Positions 26,750 to 36,802 of a DNA stretch of 40,202 bases are shown here, in pieces (the first letter of the stretch is position 1; every line of letters begins with the position of its first letter). The notes beneath the pieces were generated by a model. The model was given only the letters and a program-made list of their open reading frames with translations, did no database searches and had not been told where the DNA came from. Location: the sequence record DRR378314_211; one strand, written 5' to 3'. The position numbers and the translations under genes are program-made.

Positions 26750-27325
26750 ATGCGCGCTCTGCTTCCCCTTGTCACCATACTGGCTCTCAGCGCCTGTAGC
26801 GGACAGGACTCGAGGGAAGCAGAGTTCATGCACCGCCTGTCCCAGCTTTGCGGACAAGCATTCGAGGGGCGAATCGTCAGCGAAGACAAGGAAGATGATG
26901 CCTGGCGCGCTGAACGTGTTGTCATGCATGTCCGTGAATGCTCCGATGACGAAATCCGCATCCCGCTTCACGTGGGCGATGATCATTCCCGCACATGGGT
27001 CATCCACCACGAAGGTGGACGCCTCGCCCTGCACCATGACCATCGTCATGAGGATGGCAGCCTTGACGCCATTACCTGGTATGGCGGCGCGCGCGACGAT
27101 CGCTTGAGCGGCAGCCGGATGAACTTTCCGGCGGATGACGCCACCAAGGCCTTGTTCGACGCCGAGGGAATTCCTCAGTCGAAGGAAAATACATGGGCCA
27201 TCGAAGTGCGCCCCACGCATACGCTATTTGCTTATGAAATGGAGCGGCCGAACCGGTTTTTCCGCGTCGAGTTCGATACGTCAAAACCGGTCGCAACACC
27301 GCCCGCGCCCTGGGGCGCCGAATAG
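26750..27325 (+). CDS. Hypothetical lipoprotein with HHDHRHEDG motif
   Basis: Lipobox LALSAC; beta-strand-rich; MHVREC, SRTW, HDHRHEDG, YGG, PPAPWG; 9 nt after purH. Confidence 0.75.
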   Translation: MRALLPLVTILALSACSGQDSREAEFMHRLSQLCGQAFEGRIVSEDKEDDAWRAERVVMHVRECSDDEIRIPLHVGDDHSRTWVIHHEGGRLALHHDHRHEDGSLDAITWYGGARDDRLSGSRMNFPADDATKALFDAEGIPQSKENTWAIEVRPTHTLFAYEMERPNRFFRVEFDTSKPVATPPAPWGAE

Positions 27326-27331
27326 CCTGCC

Positions 27332-28150
27332 CTAGAGGCTGAAGCTGCCCTTGATCACGGTCACGGATTGGCCGATCAGCTTCACGCGGTCCCCCTGAAG
27401 CTTTGTATCGATGTAAGCGCCGCGGCCCGGGTACGCCTGAAAACAACTCATTGCATCCAGATCGAACCGCTCACGCATCACACGCGCAAGCATGGTATGC
27501 CAGCTTCCTGTAGCCGGGTCTTCGTCAATGCCGCTTCCCGGCGCGAAGAAACGGCTGGTCACATCCACACCGTCGCCGCCCGCTGCAAAACAGCCAAAGT
27601 TCCCACGGTCCCAGCCTTCGCCCGGCGCGCCGAGATCTTTCAATGCTTTCAGGTCAGGCGCCAGGGCATGCACTTGGTCCGGCGTATCAAACCGGGCGGC
27701 ATAGAACATGCCACCCCAAGCCTGCGCTGGTCGTGCGCCCATAGCCGTCGCTACCTCGTCCGTGACAGGAATTTCTGTGACAGGCCCAGATGGAAAGTCC
27801 ATCTCCAGGCGGCCATCATCCAGCCGCCGGACAGTCAGCCGGCCTGACTTCACCGTGTCGAACGCAATAGACTCTCCGGAAAATCCCAGCTCTTCATAGA
27901 GGACATGTGCCGTCGCAAGCGTCGCATGGCCGCAAAGCGGTACTTCCACAGCAGGCGTGAACCAGCGCAGCGTCCACACCCCCTCCCCCGAAGGGACAAT
28001 ATAGGCTGTCTCGGCAACATTGTTTTCAGCGGCGATCGCCTGAAGCGTTTCATCCGGCAGAAAGGCGTCCAGCGGCATGACGCAGGCCTGGTTTCCTTCG
28101 AACGGCTTCGAGGCAAATGCATCTATCTGATAGAATGGCAGGGTTGGCAT
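27332..28150 (-). CDS. PhzF family isomerase/epimerase
   Basis: YQIDAF...F.GN, ETAY, LRWFTP..EVPLCGHATLA, RFFAP..GI.EDPATGS. Confidence 0.92.
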   Translation of the reverse strand: MPTLPFYQIDAFASKPFEGNQACVMPLDAFLPDETLQAIAAENNVAETAYIVPSGEGVWTLRWFTPAVEVPLCGHATLATAHVLYEELGFSGESIAFDTVKSGRLTVRRLDDGRLEMDFPSGPVTEIPVTDEVATAMGARPAQAWGGMFYAARFDTPDQVHALAPDLKALKDLGAPGEGWDRGNFGCFAAGGDGVDVTSRFFAPGSGIDEDPATGSWHTMLARVMRERFDLDAMSCFQAYPGRGAYIDTKLQGDRVKLIGQSVTVIKGSFSL

Positions 28151-28235
28151 GGCGATGTCTCCAAAGAAGAAGACCTAAATGCCACGGCAGTCCGTTCTGG
28201 AAAAACGATGAATTCTGAACATCCGTTGAGGGGGG

Positions 28236-29051
28236 CTATTCCTCGTCCAGAACCCAGCCGTGATGAACCGGGCCGTGACCGCTTCCGAAGCCTTTCGCTT
28301 CCCGGATGGCTTTCATCAGGTACTCACGCGCCTGTTCAACCGAATCCGGAACACTGATGCCTTGCGCAAGACGCGCAGCAATCGCTGAGGCCAGCGTGCA
28401 GCCGGTTCCGTGCGTGGAGGTCGTATCAATCCGCGGGCTTTCGAAGATCCACTCCCCCGTCGTGGTCTGAAGAACGTCGGTGATCACATCCCCGCCAATA
28501 TGGCCGCCTTTCACCAATGCTCCGTTCGCGCCCAATTCCAGCAAGGCTTCAGCCGCCCGTCTCTGTCCGCTGACGGTTTCGACTGCCTTGCCGGTAAGGA
28601 CTTCGGCTTCGGGCGCATTTGGGGTCACCACACGGGCCTGGGGCACGAGTTCCGCCCGGATTGCCTCAACGGCTTTCGCATCCACGAGACGGTCACCGGA
28701 CGTGGCGACCATTACCGGATCTATCACCCTCGGTACGAACTGCGCGCGCTCTGACAGAATTTCCGCGACCGCTTCAACCAGAGGCGCAGAGCCGAGCATG
28801 CCGGTCTTGATGGAATCTGCGCCAATGTCGGCTAGCGTCACCTGCATCTGGCCGGTAACGGCCTCAATCGGTACAGGCCAGACACCATGCACACCGCGCG
28901 TATCCTGTACGGTAATCGCGGTCACCGCAGTCATCGCATAGCCGCCAAGCATGCTGACGGCCTTGATGTCGGCCTGGATACCAGCACCACCGCCGGAGTC
29001 AGATCCGGCGATGATGAGAACACGACCGCGTGGGCCGTCTGACTGGGTCAT
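28236..29051 (-). CDS. thiD: Hydroxymethylpyrimidine/phosphomethylpyrimidine kinase
   Basis: IAGSDSGGGAGIQAD, KTGML, DPVMVATSG, TPN..EAE, KGGH, THGTGCTLAS. Confidence 0.95.
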   Translation of the reverse strand: MTQSDGPRGRVLIIAGSDSGGGAGIQADIKAVSMLGGYAMTAVTAITVQDTRGVHGVWPVPIEAVTGQMQVTLADIGADSIKTGMLGSAPLVEAVAEILSERAQFVPRVIDPVMVATSGDRLVDAKAVEAIRAELVPQARVVTPNAPEAEVLTGKAVETVSGQRRAAEALLELGANGALVKGGHIGGDVITDVLQTTTGEWIFESPRIDTTSTHGTGCTLASAIAARLAQGISVPDSVEQAREYLMKAIREAKGFGSGHGPVHHGWVLDEE

Positions 29052-29056
29052 GACAC

Positions 29057-29707
29057 TCAGACCTTGATGCCGGCCTTTTCAGCGTCCGCCAGGAAGGTCT
29101 CAAGACCCTTGTCGGTCAGCGGATGCTTGACCAGTCCCTTGATGACGGCTGGCGGCATTGTGGCCACGTCAGCGCCGGCCAGAGCCGAAAGCTTCACATG
29201 GTTTGCCGTGCGGATCGACGCGGCAAGGATTTCCGTGTCGAACAGGTAATTGTCATAGATCTGGCGGATGTCGGAGATCAGCTCCATGCCATCCACATTG
29301 ATATCATCCAGGCGGCCGATGAAGGGCGAGATGAAGGTCGCGCCAGCTTTCGCTGCCAACAGCGCCTGATTGGCGGAGAAGCAAAGCGTGACGTTCACCA
29401 TCGTGCCGTCATCCGAGAGGGTACGGCAAGCTTTAAGGCCATCCAGGGTCAGCGGGAGCTTTACGGCAACGTTGTCAGCGATCTTCGCCAATTTACGGCC
29501 TTCGGTGATCATCCCATCATAATCGGTTGCAACAACTTCTGCGCTGACCGGCCCGGAGACGATCTCGCAGATTTCCTTGATGACATCGGCGAACGGGCGA
29601 CCGGATTTGGCGACCAGCGATGGGTTGGTGGTCACCCCGTCGATCAGGCCGGTGGCGGCCAGCTCGGCGATGTCGCCTGTATCGGCTGTATCTACGAAAA
29701 ATTTCAT
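29057..29707 (-). CDS. tal: Transaldolase (short TalC/Fsa family)
   Basis: [21 protein letters not shown], Schiff-base [27 protein letters not shown]. Confidence 0.9.
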   Translation of the reverse strand: MKFFVDTADTGDIAELAATGLIDGVTTNPSLVAKSGRPFADVIKEICEIVSGPVSAEVVATDYDGMITEGRKLAKIADNVAVKLPLTLDGLKACRTLSDDGTMVNVTLCFSANQALLAAKAGATFISPFIGRLDDINVDGMELISDIRQIYDNYLFDTEILAASIRTANHVKLSALAGADVATMPPAVIKGLVKHPLTDKGLETFLADAEKAGIKV

Positions 29708-29733
29708 GTTCAGAATCCTGTTTTCCTGACGTC

Positions 29734-31044
29734 TCAGACCGACGGGCGCCCAATGGACGTGTACTGGAATCCACGGCCCGCCATGTCCTCAGGTGAATAG
29801 ATGTTCCGGAGGTCAACCACAATGTTTGAATTGAGTGCCGCCTTGATCCGATCGAGGTCCAGCGCACGGAACTGGTCCCATTCCGTCACAATCACCATCG
29901 CATCCGCCTGCTCGACCGCATCATACGCGTTCTTCGCAAACTCGATATCGCTGAGCAGGTGAGATGCCTCTTCCATCGCCTCAGGGTCAAACGCGCGAAT
30001 ATTCGCACCGGCCGCCTGAAGCGCCGGAATGATGTCGAGGCTCGGCGCATCGCGCATGTCGTCGGTGTTCTGCTTGAATGCCAGGCCAAGAACGCCAATC
30101 GTCTTGCCTTTCACATCGCCGCCCATTGCCGCGATCACCTTGTCCGCCATCGCTTTCTTGCGGGCCGCATTGACCTCGACCACCGTGTCCACGATCCGGA
30201 CCGGTGAATTGTAGTCATTTGCCGTCTTCGTCAGCGCGAGTGTATCTTTCGGGAAGCAGGATCCACCATAGCCCGGTCCGGCATTCAGGAATTTCTTGCC
30301 AATACGGCCATCGAGTCCGATTCCTCGCGACACTTCCTGAACATTGGCCCCGACCTTTTCACACAGATCCGCCATTTCATTGATGAACGTGATCTTCACA
30401 GCCAGGAATGCGTTGGCGGCGTATTTGATGAGTTCTGACGTACGACGCGCGGTGAACAGGATTGGCGTCTCATTCAGGAACAATGGGCGATAGAGTTCCT
30501 TCATCACCTCACGGGCGCGCTCATCATCCGTTCCAACGACCACACGGTCTGGAATCTTGAAGTCCTTGATCGCGGCGCCTTCGCGGAGGAATTCCGGATT
30601 GGAGACAACTGCGAAATCGCCATCGGGGCGCTTCTTGCGGATGATTTCCTCAACCTCGTCGCCAGTTCCAACCGGAACAGTCGATTTGGTTACCACGACA
30701 GTGAAGCCGTCCATCAGTTCGGCGATTTCTTCTGCGGCCGCATAGACATAAGACAGATCGGCATGCCCATCGCCGCGGCGGGATGGCGTGCCAACTGCGA
30801 TGAACACTGCGTCGGCATTGCGGATCGCGTCCTTGGCTTCAGTTGTGAAGAACAGACGCTCTTCCTTGACGTTCTTCTCGACCAGACTGTCCAGGCCCGG
30901 CTCGTAAATAGGCATAACGCCCGCTTCGAGCTTCTCAATCTTTGACGCGTCCTTGTCGACGCACGTCACAACGTGTCCGAAATCTGCAAAACAGGCCCCG
31001 CTCACAAGGCCGACATAGCCTGTCCCAATCATCGCAACACGCAT
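29734..31044 (-). CDS. ugd: UDP-glucose 6-dehydrogenase
   Basis: [59 protein letters not shown]. Confidence 0.95.
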   Translation of the reverse strand: MRVAMIGTGYVGLVSGACFADFGHVVTCVDKDASKIEKLEAGVMPIYEPGLDSLVEKNVKEERLFFTTEAKDAIRNADAVFIAVGTPSRRGDGHADLSYVYAAAEEIAELMDGFTVVVTKSTVPVGTGDEVEEIIRKKRPDGDFAVVSNPEFLREGAAIKDFKIPDRVVVGTDDERAREVMKELYRPLFLNETPILFTARRTSELIKYAANAFLAVKITFINEMADLCEKVGANVQEVSRGIGLDGRIGKKFLNAGPGYGGSCFPKDTLALTKTANDYNSPVRIVDTVVEVNAARKKAMADKVIAAMGGDVKGKTIGVLGLAFKQNTDDMRDAPSLDIIPALQAAGANIRAFDPEAMEEASHLLSDIEFAKNAYDAVEQADAMVIVTEWDQFRALDLDRIKAALNSNIVVDLRNIYSPEDMAGRGFQYTSIGRPSV

Positions 31045-31090
31045 GAGATTTCCTCACTTCAAACAAACCATATGGATTGGTCGCGAGGGG

Positions 31091-31107
31091 TGCGATTTTT
31101 GTGCCAA
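31091..31107 (-). promoter_or_regulatory. Putative sigma54 (-24/-12) promoter of ugd-tal-thiD
   Basis: Minus strand TTGGCAC-AAAAA-TCGCA (GG-N10-GC), 46 nt upstream of the ugd ATG. Confidence 0.5.
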
Positions 31108-31225
31108 TCGGTCAAGAGGGCCAGTGCGGGAACACCGGCCTGAGGTCGAGGGAGTGAGTCCGGTATCCTTCTGGCAATGCTGCCCGCACCAGACTAGGAT
31201 AGTGCATGGAAATCCATTGGGGATA

Positions 31226-31870
31226 ATGATGACGAAGCTGACCTTTTACACGAACCCCATGTCGCGCGGTCGGATCGCACGCTGGATACTGGAAGAGACT
31301 GGCGCAGACTATGAAACTGTTCTGCTGCATTACGGGCCAGAAATGCAGTCAGACGCCTACAAGGCCATCAATCCCATGATGAAAGTGCCTGCCATCGTCC
31401 ATGGGGGAAAAACGGTGACGGAATGCGGCGCCATCTGCGCCTATCTCGCCGAAGCGTTTCCCGATGCGGGTCTCGCTCCCCTGCCCGAAGAGCGTGCCGA
31501 TTATTATCGCTGGATGTTCTTTGCCGCTGGCCCTTGGGAGCAGGCAAGCACGAACAGGGCAATGGGGTTCAACGTGCCATCCGAACATTCCGGCATGGCC
31601 GGTTATGGCGATTTCGAGCGCACACTTACGACGCTGACCGCGATCCTGGATGACCGGCCCCACATCTGTGGTGATCGATTTACCGCAGCTGACATCTATG
31701 TCGGCTCACAGATCGCCTGGGGCGTTCAGTTCGGCACCATACCCACAACCCCACGCCTGACGGACTACATCTCACGCGGCATGGCCCGCCCCGCCTTCCA
31801 GCGCGCGACCGAGAAGGACGACGCTGAAATGGACGGGTACGGACCGGAAACTCCGCCGGCAAATGCCTGA
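31226..31870 (+). CDS. Glutathione S-transferase family protein
   Basis: FYTNPMSRGRIARW.LEE, INPM.KVP, TE..AIC.YLA, GDRFTAAD; true start ATG 31226 or 31229, not 31043. Confidence 0.92.
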   Translation: MMTKLTFYTNPMSRGRIARWILEETGADYETVLLHYGPEMQSDAYKAINPMMKVPAIVHGGKTVTECGAICAYLAEAFPDAGLAPLPEERADYYRWMFFAAGPWEQASTNRAMGFNVPSEHSGMAGYGDFERTLTTLTAILDDRPHICGDRFTAADIYVGSQIAWGVQFGTIPTTPRLTDYISRGMARPAFQRATEKDDAEMDGYGPETPPANA

Positions 31871-33388
31871 TCAGATTTCCTGATTGTAGGCACCAACTTC
31901 CGGATGCTTGCCAAGGCGTGGCTTCACTTCCTTGTGGAACAGGTCCCGCATGTCATCCGCGCTGGCCATGGATTCTACCACGACGACCAGTTCCGGCTTG
32001 TTTGAGGACGCCCGCACGAGCACCCAGGAACCGTCTTCAAGCGTTACGCGGGCGCCGTTCACCGTGTTCACGTCAACGACCTTCCGCCCAAGGATCTCCG
32101 TACCATTGAGGCTCTTGTATTCCTCAACCATCTTGTCAACGATGCCATACTTGGTTTCATCATCGCAATGCGGAGACATGGTGAGAGACGTGTAAGCAAC
32201 ACCCAGCTCACCTTTGAGGTCGGCCATGTTCTTGTCCGGATTGCGGTCCAGCATTTCCAGAACCGCCTTTGCCGCCACCAGGCCATCATCATAGCCGAGG
32301 CCGATTGGCTCACGGAAGAAGAAGTGGCCGGACTTTTCAAAGCCCGCAAGTGCGCCAAGGTCTGTCGTGCGGCGCTTGATGTAGGAGTGCCCGGTCTTGT
32401 AATAATCGACTGTCGCGCCATTCTCCTGCAAGACGGGGTCTGTTTTGTAGAGGCCCGTGGATTTCACATCGACCACGAATTTTGCGTTTGGATAGATCTT
32501 TGACAGGTCGCGTGCCAGCATCAGGCCGATCTTGTCAGCAAAGATTTCCTCACCCGTATTGTCGACCACACCACAGCGGTCGCCGTCACCGTCAAAGCCC
32601 AGCGCCACATCGGCGCCAGTCTCGCGCACCATCTCGGCCATGGCATGCAGCATTTCGGAATCTTCCGGATTCGGATTGTATTTCGGGAACGTCATGTCGA
32701 GATTGCAATCCATCTCGATAACTTCGGCGCCCATCATGCGCAGCGCATCCGGAGCGAACGCACCTGCCGTACCGTTTCCGCATGCCGCGACCACCTTCAG
32801 CGGACGCGTCAGCTTGGTGTCGCCCACAACCGCCTCGATATACTTCTCGCGAATGCCATCGACGCGGTGATGCGCGCCGCCAGCGCGAGGCTGGAAGTCG
32901 CCACCCATGACGATTTCCTTCAGGCGGCCCATTTCATCCGGCCCGAAAGTCAGCGGGCGGTTGGCGCCCATCTTCACACCGGTCCAGCCATTCTCATTGT
33001 GGCTCGCCGTCACCATCGCACAACATGGCACGTCCAGCTCGAATTGGCTCCAGTACACCATTGGCGAGAGGGCCAGCCCCACATCCAGGACTTCACATCC
33101 GCCCTGCACCAGGCCGAGAATCAACGCGTTCTTGATCGGTTGGCTGATAGAGCGGAAATCGTGGCCGGTTACCACTTTCGGTTCCACGCCCAGCTCATGG
33201 AAGAGCGTCGCCATGCCAAGGCCCAGCGCCTGCACGCCTGTCAGGTTCAGCTCAGGCGCTTTTTCCTTGCCAATGCCGTTGAACCACCACCGAGCATCAT
33301 ATTCACGAAAGCCGGTCGGCTTCACGAGCGGAAGAATTTCAAATTCCAGCGTGTTCGGCTGAATATCAGCCAATGGTTTGGGCATCAT
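31871..33388 (-). CDS. Phosphomannomutase/phosphoglucomutase
   Basis: GFREYDAR, VTASHN (phospho-Ser), FDGDGDR, FEKSGH, VRASSN; start 33388 or 33385. Confidence 0.93.
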   Translation of the reverse strand: MMPKPLADIQPNTLEFEILPLVKPTGFREYDARWWFNGIGKEKAPELNLTGVQALGLGMATLFHELGVEPKVVTGHDFRSISQPIKNALILGLVQGGCEVLDVGLALSPMVYWSQFELDVPCCAMVTASHNENGWTGVKMGANRPLTFGPDEMGRLKEIVMGGDFQPRAGGAHHRVDGIREKYIEAVVGDTKLTRPLKVVAACGNGTAGAFAPDALRMMGAEVIEMDCNLDMTFPKYNPNPEDSEMLHAMAEMVRETGADVALGFDGDGDRCGVVDNTGEEIFADKIGLMLARDLSKIYPNAKFVVDVKSTGLYKTDPVLQENGATVDYYKTGHSYIKRRTTDLGALAGFEKSGHFFFREPIGLGYDDGLVAAKAVLEMLDRNPDKNMADLKGELGVAYTSLTMSPHCDDETKYGIVDKMVEEYKSLNGTEILGRKVVDVNTVNGARVTLEDGSWVLVRASSNKPELVVVVESMASADDMRDLFHKEVKPRLGKHPEVGAYNQEI

Positions 33389-33451
33389 GAGTCTTGTGTC
33401 TCCAGGCTTAATGCGTCCCTACACGTCGAGTGTATCATTTCGATTAGGATA

Positions 33452-33467
33452 TGCATGAGGTGCGCCA
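33452..33467 (-). promoter_or_regulatory. Possible sigma54-like site upstream of PMM/PGM (alternatively part of a sigma70 promoter with TTGACG)
   Basis: Minus strand TGGCGC-ACCTC-ATGCA (GG-N10-GC), preceded by TTGACG. Confidence 0.35.
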
Positions 33468-33560
33468 TAGGCGTCAAAACATGACTCTTTATTAATCATC
33501 CGATCTTTCACTCGGTTCGTACTCCCTGATGACACCAACCCCGTCATTGAGGAACCCCCC

Positions 33561-34334
33561 ATGAAACTCTCACACATATCGGTTACCATCTCCGTGGCGG
33601 CATTGCTCGCCGCCCCCGCCATGGCCCAGGACTGGTACGCTGCCGGATCAGTCAGCTACCTGAATCAGTCAGACAGCGACAATTCTGGCACGACCGGCGC
33701 GTTCACCACCGGTAATCTTGGCGACGGAACGACACTCGATGTCGCCGCTGGCACGCCATATGGCTGGAACACGGAATTCGATAATGGCACAGGTTTCAGC
33801 GCTGAAGTCGGCGCACGCTATGGCAATGGTTTCCGCGGCGCAGTCGAACTCGCCTACTCCAGTGCCGATGTCGACACTCATACGGGCGTTACACTCGGCG
33901 GCGGCAGCATTGATGCCCTCGACGCCGCGTCCATCGCGGGCAGCCCGACGCCCCTCGGCGCAACCGTAGCGGATGTCGTCGCAGACGGTCGGGGTGACAT
34001 TTCAAGCACCTCTGTCTTTGCGAACCTGTACTATGACTTCAACAACGGTGGCACAGTCCAGCCCTATGCGGGCGCCGGCATCGGCTTTTCCGATGTGGAC
34101 GTACAATACAACCCATCAGGCGTTGGCGTAGTTGATGATGGCGAGACCAAATTTGCCTACCAGCTCAAGGCCGGTTTGACCTGGCTGGCGTCAGAAACCT
34201 GGGAAGTCTATGGCGAATATGCCTACCGGGCGACCGAGGACATTGAGGTCAACAATGACCTCTTCCCCGGCAATCTCGAAATCGAGAACCAACAGAACCT
34301 GTTCACGGTCGGCGTACGCTATCGTTTCGGCTAA
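33561..34334 (+). CDS. Outer-membrane beta-barrel protein (opacity/OmpA-like 8-stranded family)
   Basis: Signal peptide ...AMA|QD; alternating beta strands (GFRGAVELAY, FANLYYDF, PYAGAGIG, FAYQLKAG, GEYAY); C-terminal VGVRYRFG BAM-type signal. Confidence 0.85.
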   Translation: MKLSHISVTISVAALLAAPAMAQDWYAAGSVSYLNQSDSDNSGTTGAFTTGNLGDGTTLDVAAGTPYGWNTEFDNGTGFSAEVGARYGNGFRGAVELAYSSADVDTHTGVTLGGGSIDALDAASIAGSPTPLGATVADVVADGRGDISSTSVFANLYYDFNNGGTVQPYAGAGIGFSDVDVQYNPSGVGVVDDGETKFAYQLKAGLTWLASETWEVYGEYAYRATEDIEVNNDLFPGNLEIENQQNLFTVGVRYRFG

Positions 34335-35047
34335 CGCCGGGATGTCAGGAAGTTTGCGATCCAGACGCCCAGCCGCTGATTGTCCAGCGGCGCGTTGAGG
34401 CTCTCGATTGCCCCATGAACGGCGGCCTCTGTCAGGGGCCGCCCTTTTCGACTGCGGTAGAGCGCTGCGGAATACTCGGCATTGAATTCAGGATGGCACT
34501 GAAACGAGACCGCTGGCGTCTTGCCGTAATCGATGGCTGCCATTGGGGTGAAGTCTGATCTCGCCAATACGCTTGCGCCCGGCGGCAACTCCACCACCTG
34601 GTCCTGATGGCTCACCGGCACCGATATGGTCGCCGGACAATTGCCCTCCATCCAGTCCGGACAGGCTTTCATCTCGTAGGTGTGCAGGCCAATCCCCCAC
34701 CCTTTCGGCGACTTGATCACCTTGCCGCCCAATGCATCGGCCATGATCTGGTGGCCGAAACAGATGCCCACTTGCGGAACGCCAGCCTTCGCCGCCCCTC
34801 GGATGAAGTCCTCAAGCGGCGCGATCCATGGAAAGTCATCATAAACGCCCGCCGGCGAGCCTGTGATCAGTATACCTTCCAATGTCGACGGATCGGGCAG
34901 GGCCTCGCCCTTGATCACCGAAACTGTCTCGAACTCCATGTCAGGACTGGCCACCGAGATCAGGTGCCGGAACATCTCGGGATAGTCGACAAAGTCCGCC
35001 CGAATGGCCTCGGGCACGAGTCCGGTCTCGATAATGGTCAATTTCAT
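34331..35047 (-). CDS. Class I glutamine amidotransferase-like protein
   Basis: ITGS, GICFGHQ (nucleophile Cys), SHQDQV, QCHPEF (His-Glu). Confidence 0.9.
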   Translation of the reverse strand: MKLTIIETGLVPEAIRADFVDYPEMFRHLISVASPDMEFETVSVIKGEALPDPSTLEGILITGSPAGVYDDFPWIAPLEDFIRGAAKAGVPQVGICFGHQIMADALGGKVIKSPKGWGIGLHTYEMKACPDWMEGNCPATISVPVSHQDQVVELPPGASVLARSDFTPMAAIDYGKTPAVSFQCHPEFNAEYSAALYRSRKGRPLTEAAVHGAIESLNAPLDNQRLGVWIANFLTSRR

Positions 35048-35053
35048 TGGGGA

Positions 35054-36802
35054 TCAGTCTGCAAGCGTATCGGTGTTTGAAGCGGTGGAATGTTGCGCGG
35101 CGATCCAGTCATCAATGCGCGTCTCCATTACATCGAGCGGCACAGCGCCTTCTGCAAGAAGCGCATCATGAAATTCCCGCACATCAAACGCGTCGCCCAA
35201 TGAGGCTTCGGCGCGCGCGCGCAATTCGCGGATCTTGAGTTCCCCGACCTTGTAGGCCACGGCCTGCCCCGGCCAGCCTATATAGCGCGTCACTTCGGTC
35301 TGAATGTTGAGCGGCGCCAAGGCAGAATTCTCGATGAAACAGGCTTCGGCTGCGCTTCGGGTCCAGCCATACCAGTGCAATCCCGTGTCGGCGACGAGGC
35401 GGCACGCGCGCCACATTTCATAGGACAGCGCCCCGAACCGCTCATAGGGCGTGCGATAGATGCCCGCATCACCCGCAATCCGTTCTGCATACAGACCCCA
35501 CCCTTCGCCAAAGGCGGTCGCGTAATAGTCCTGCCGGAATTTCGGCTGATCACTCATTTCCTGGGCAAGGGCGATCTGAAGGTGATGCCCTGGCACGGCC
35601 TCATGCGCTGACAAGGCGGGCAGCTCATAGAGCGGTCGCTGGTCGAGGGCGTAGGTATTCACAAGGTAAATGCCCAACCGACCCTCCTCCGGATCGCCGG
35701 ATACATAGCGGCCTGTTGTATAACCCGGCGCAATCGCGTCCGGCACGGGCTGCACCTCAAACTCCAGCTCTGGCAGATTCCCGAAATAGTCTGGCAGACT
35801 GGTCCGCAGACGCGATGAAATCTCTTCTGCTGCCGCCATCAACTCGTCAGCGGATTGCGCATAGAATTTCGGATCTGTCCTCAGATGGGTCAGGAATTCC
35901 TCGAAACTCCCCTCAAAGCCGATTTCGGCAATGATCGCCTCCATTTCGGAGCGGATCCGCGCAACTTCGCTGAGGCCAAGCTGGTGGATCTCAACCGGCG
36001 AATACCCCGCGCCCGCCGTATGGTATTCAACCATCGCCGCATAAACGGATTGACCGTTTTCGAGGCCAGCAATGCCTGCGCCCTGTCTCAGATAGGGTTT
36101 GTACTCGATTTCGAGGAATCGCCAGGCATCCAGATAGGCATCCATTGCGCGCCGCGTCGCAGTCAGGCCTTCAGCCTTCAGTCGCTCGGCAACCGCCGGG
36201 TCCATATTTTCAGGCAGGGACAGGAACGGCGCATAAAGGTCGCTTTCCGCCGGATCATCCACAATCTGCTCTCGGATTTGCGCGATCACCGTGTCCAGCG
36301 GATCCTTGTGTGCGGTCCAGCCTGTCTCGATCCCCCGGCGCATGTTTGCGATATTCTCATCAAAGTATCGCGGCACGTCATTCAGGCGCGCGATCCAGGC
36401 TTCAGCGGCCGCATCGCTGTCGAGATTTACCCGCAGGGCTGCAAAAACCGGCTCCGCCTGAAACCCCCAATCCCCGACAAACGGTATGCGCGCCGAATCG
36501 GTCTCTGCCCATGTGATATCCGAGTCGAGCAGCCGGATCAGGATAGCCTGATCTATCTCACGCTCAGTTTCAGCTTTTTGCACTTCTTCCAACAAGGCTC
36601 TCGCCGCATCGGCCTGCTCAGCAATCGCTTCAGGCGTCACATCAGACCAGCGATCCGGCGCCAGACCTGCCGTGCGCGCAGCGCCTTCGGGGCTGTTGGC
36701 ATCTACATAGGCCTCATATTCAGGCACGAGCGTGTCCAGTGGGTCCGCTACGGCAACGCTGGCCAGCCCACCGAAAGCCACTGCAAAAAGAAAAGGTTTC
36801 AT
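35054..36802 (-). CDS. DUF885 family secreted protein (second paralogue)
   Basis: True start ATG 36802 (MKPFLFAVAFGGLASVAVA signal peptide, GGGAG RBS); EIHQLGLSEVARI, AHEAVPGHHLQ, AFGEGWGLYAE, RACRLVADTGLH, PGQAVAYKVG. Confidence 0.88.
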   Translation of the reverse strand: MKPFLFAVAFGGLASVAVADPLDTLVPEYEAYVDANSPEGAARTAGLAPDRWSDVTPEAIAEQADAARALLEEVQKAETEREIDQAILIRLLDSDITWAETDSARIPFVGDWGFQAEPVFAALRVNLDSDAAAEAWIARLNDVPRYFDENIANMRRGIETGWTAHKDPLDTVIAQIREQIVDDPAESDLYAPFLSLPENMDPAVAERLKAEGLTATRRAMDAYLDAWRFLEIEYKPYLRQGAGIAGLENGQSVYAAMVEYHTAGAGYSPVEIHQLGLSEVARIRSEMEAIIAEIGFEGSFEEFLTHLRTDPKFYAQSADELMAAAEEISSRLRTSLPDYFGNLPELEFEVQPVPDAIAPGYTTGRYVSGDPEEGRLGIYLVNTYALDQRPLYELPALSAHEAVPGHHLQIALAQEMSDQPKFRQDYYATAFGEGWGLYAERIAGDAGIYRTPYERFGALSYEMWRACRLVADTGLHWYGWTRSAAEACFIENSALAPLNIQTEVTRYIGWPGQAVAYKVGELKIRELRARAEASLGDAFDVREFHDALLAEGAVPLDVMETRIDDWIAAQHSTASNTDTLAD

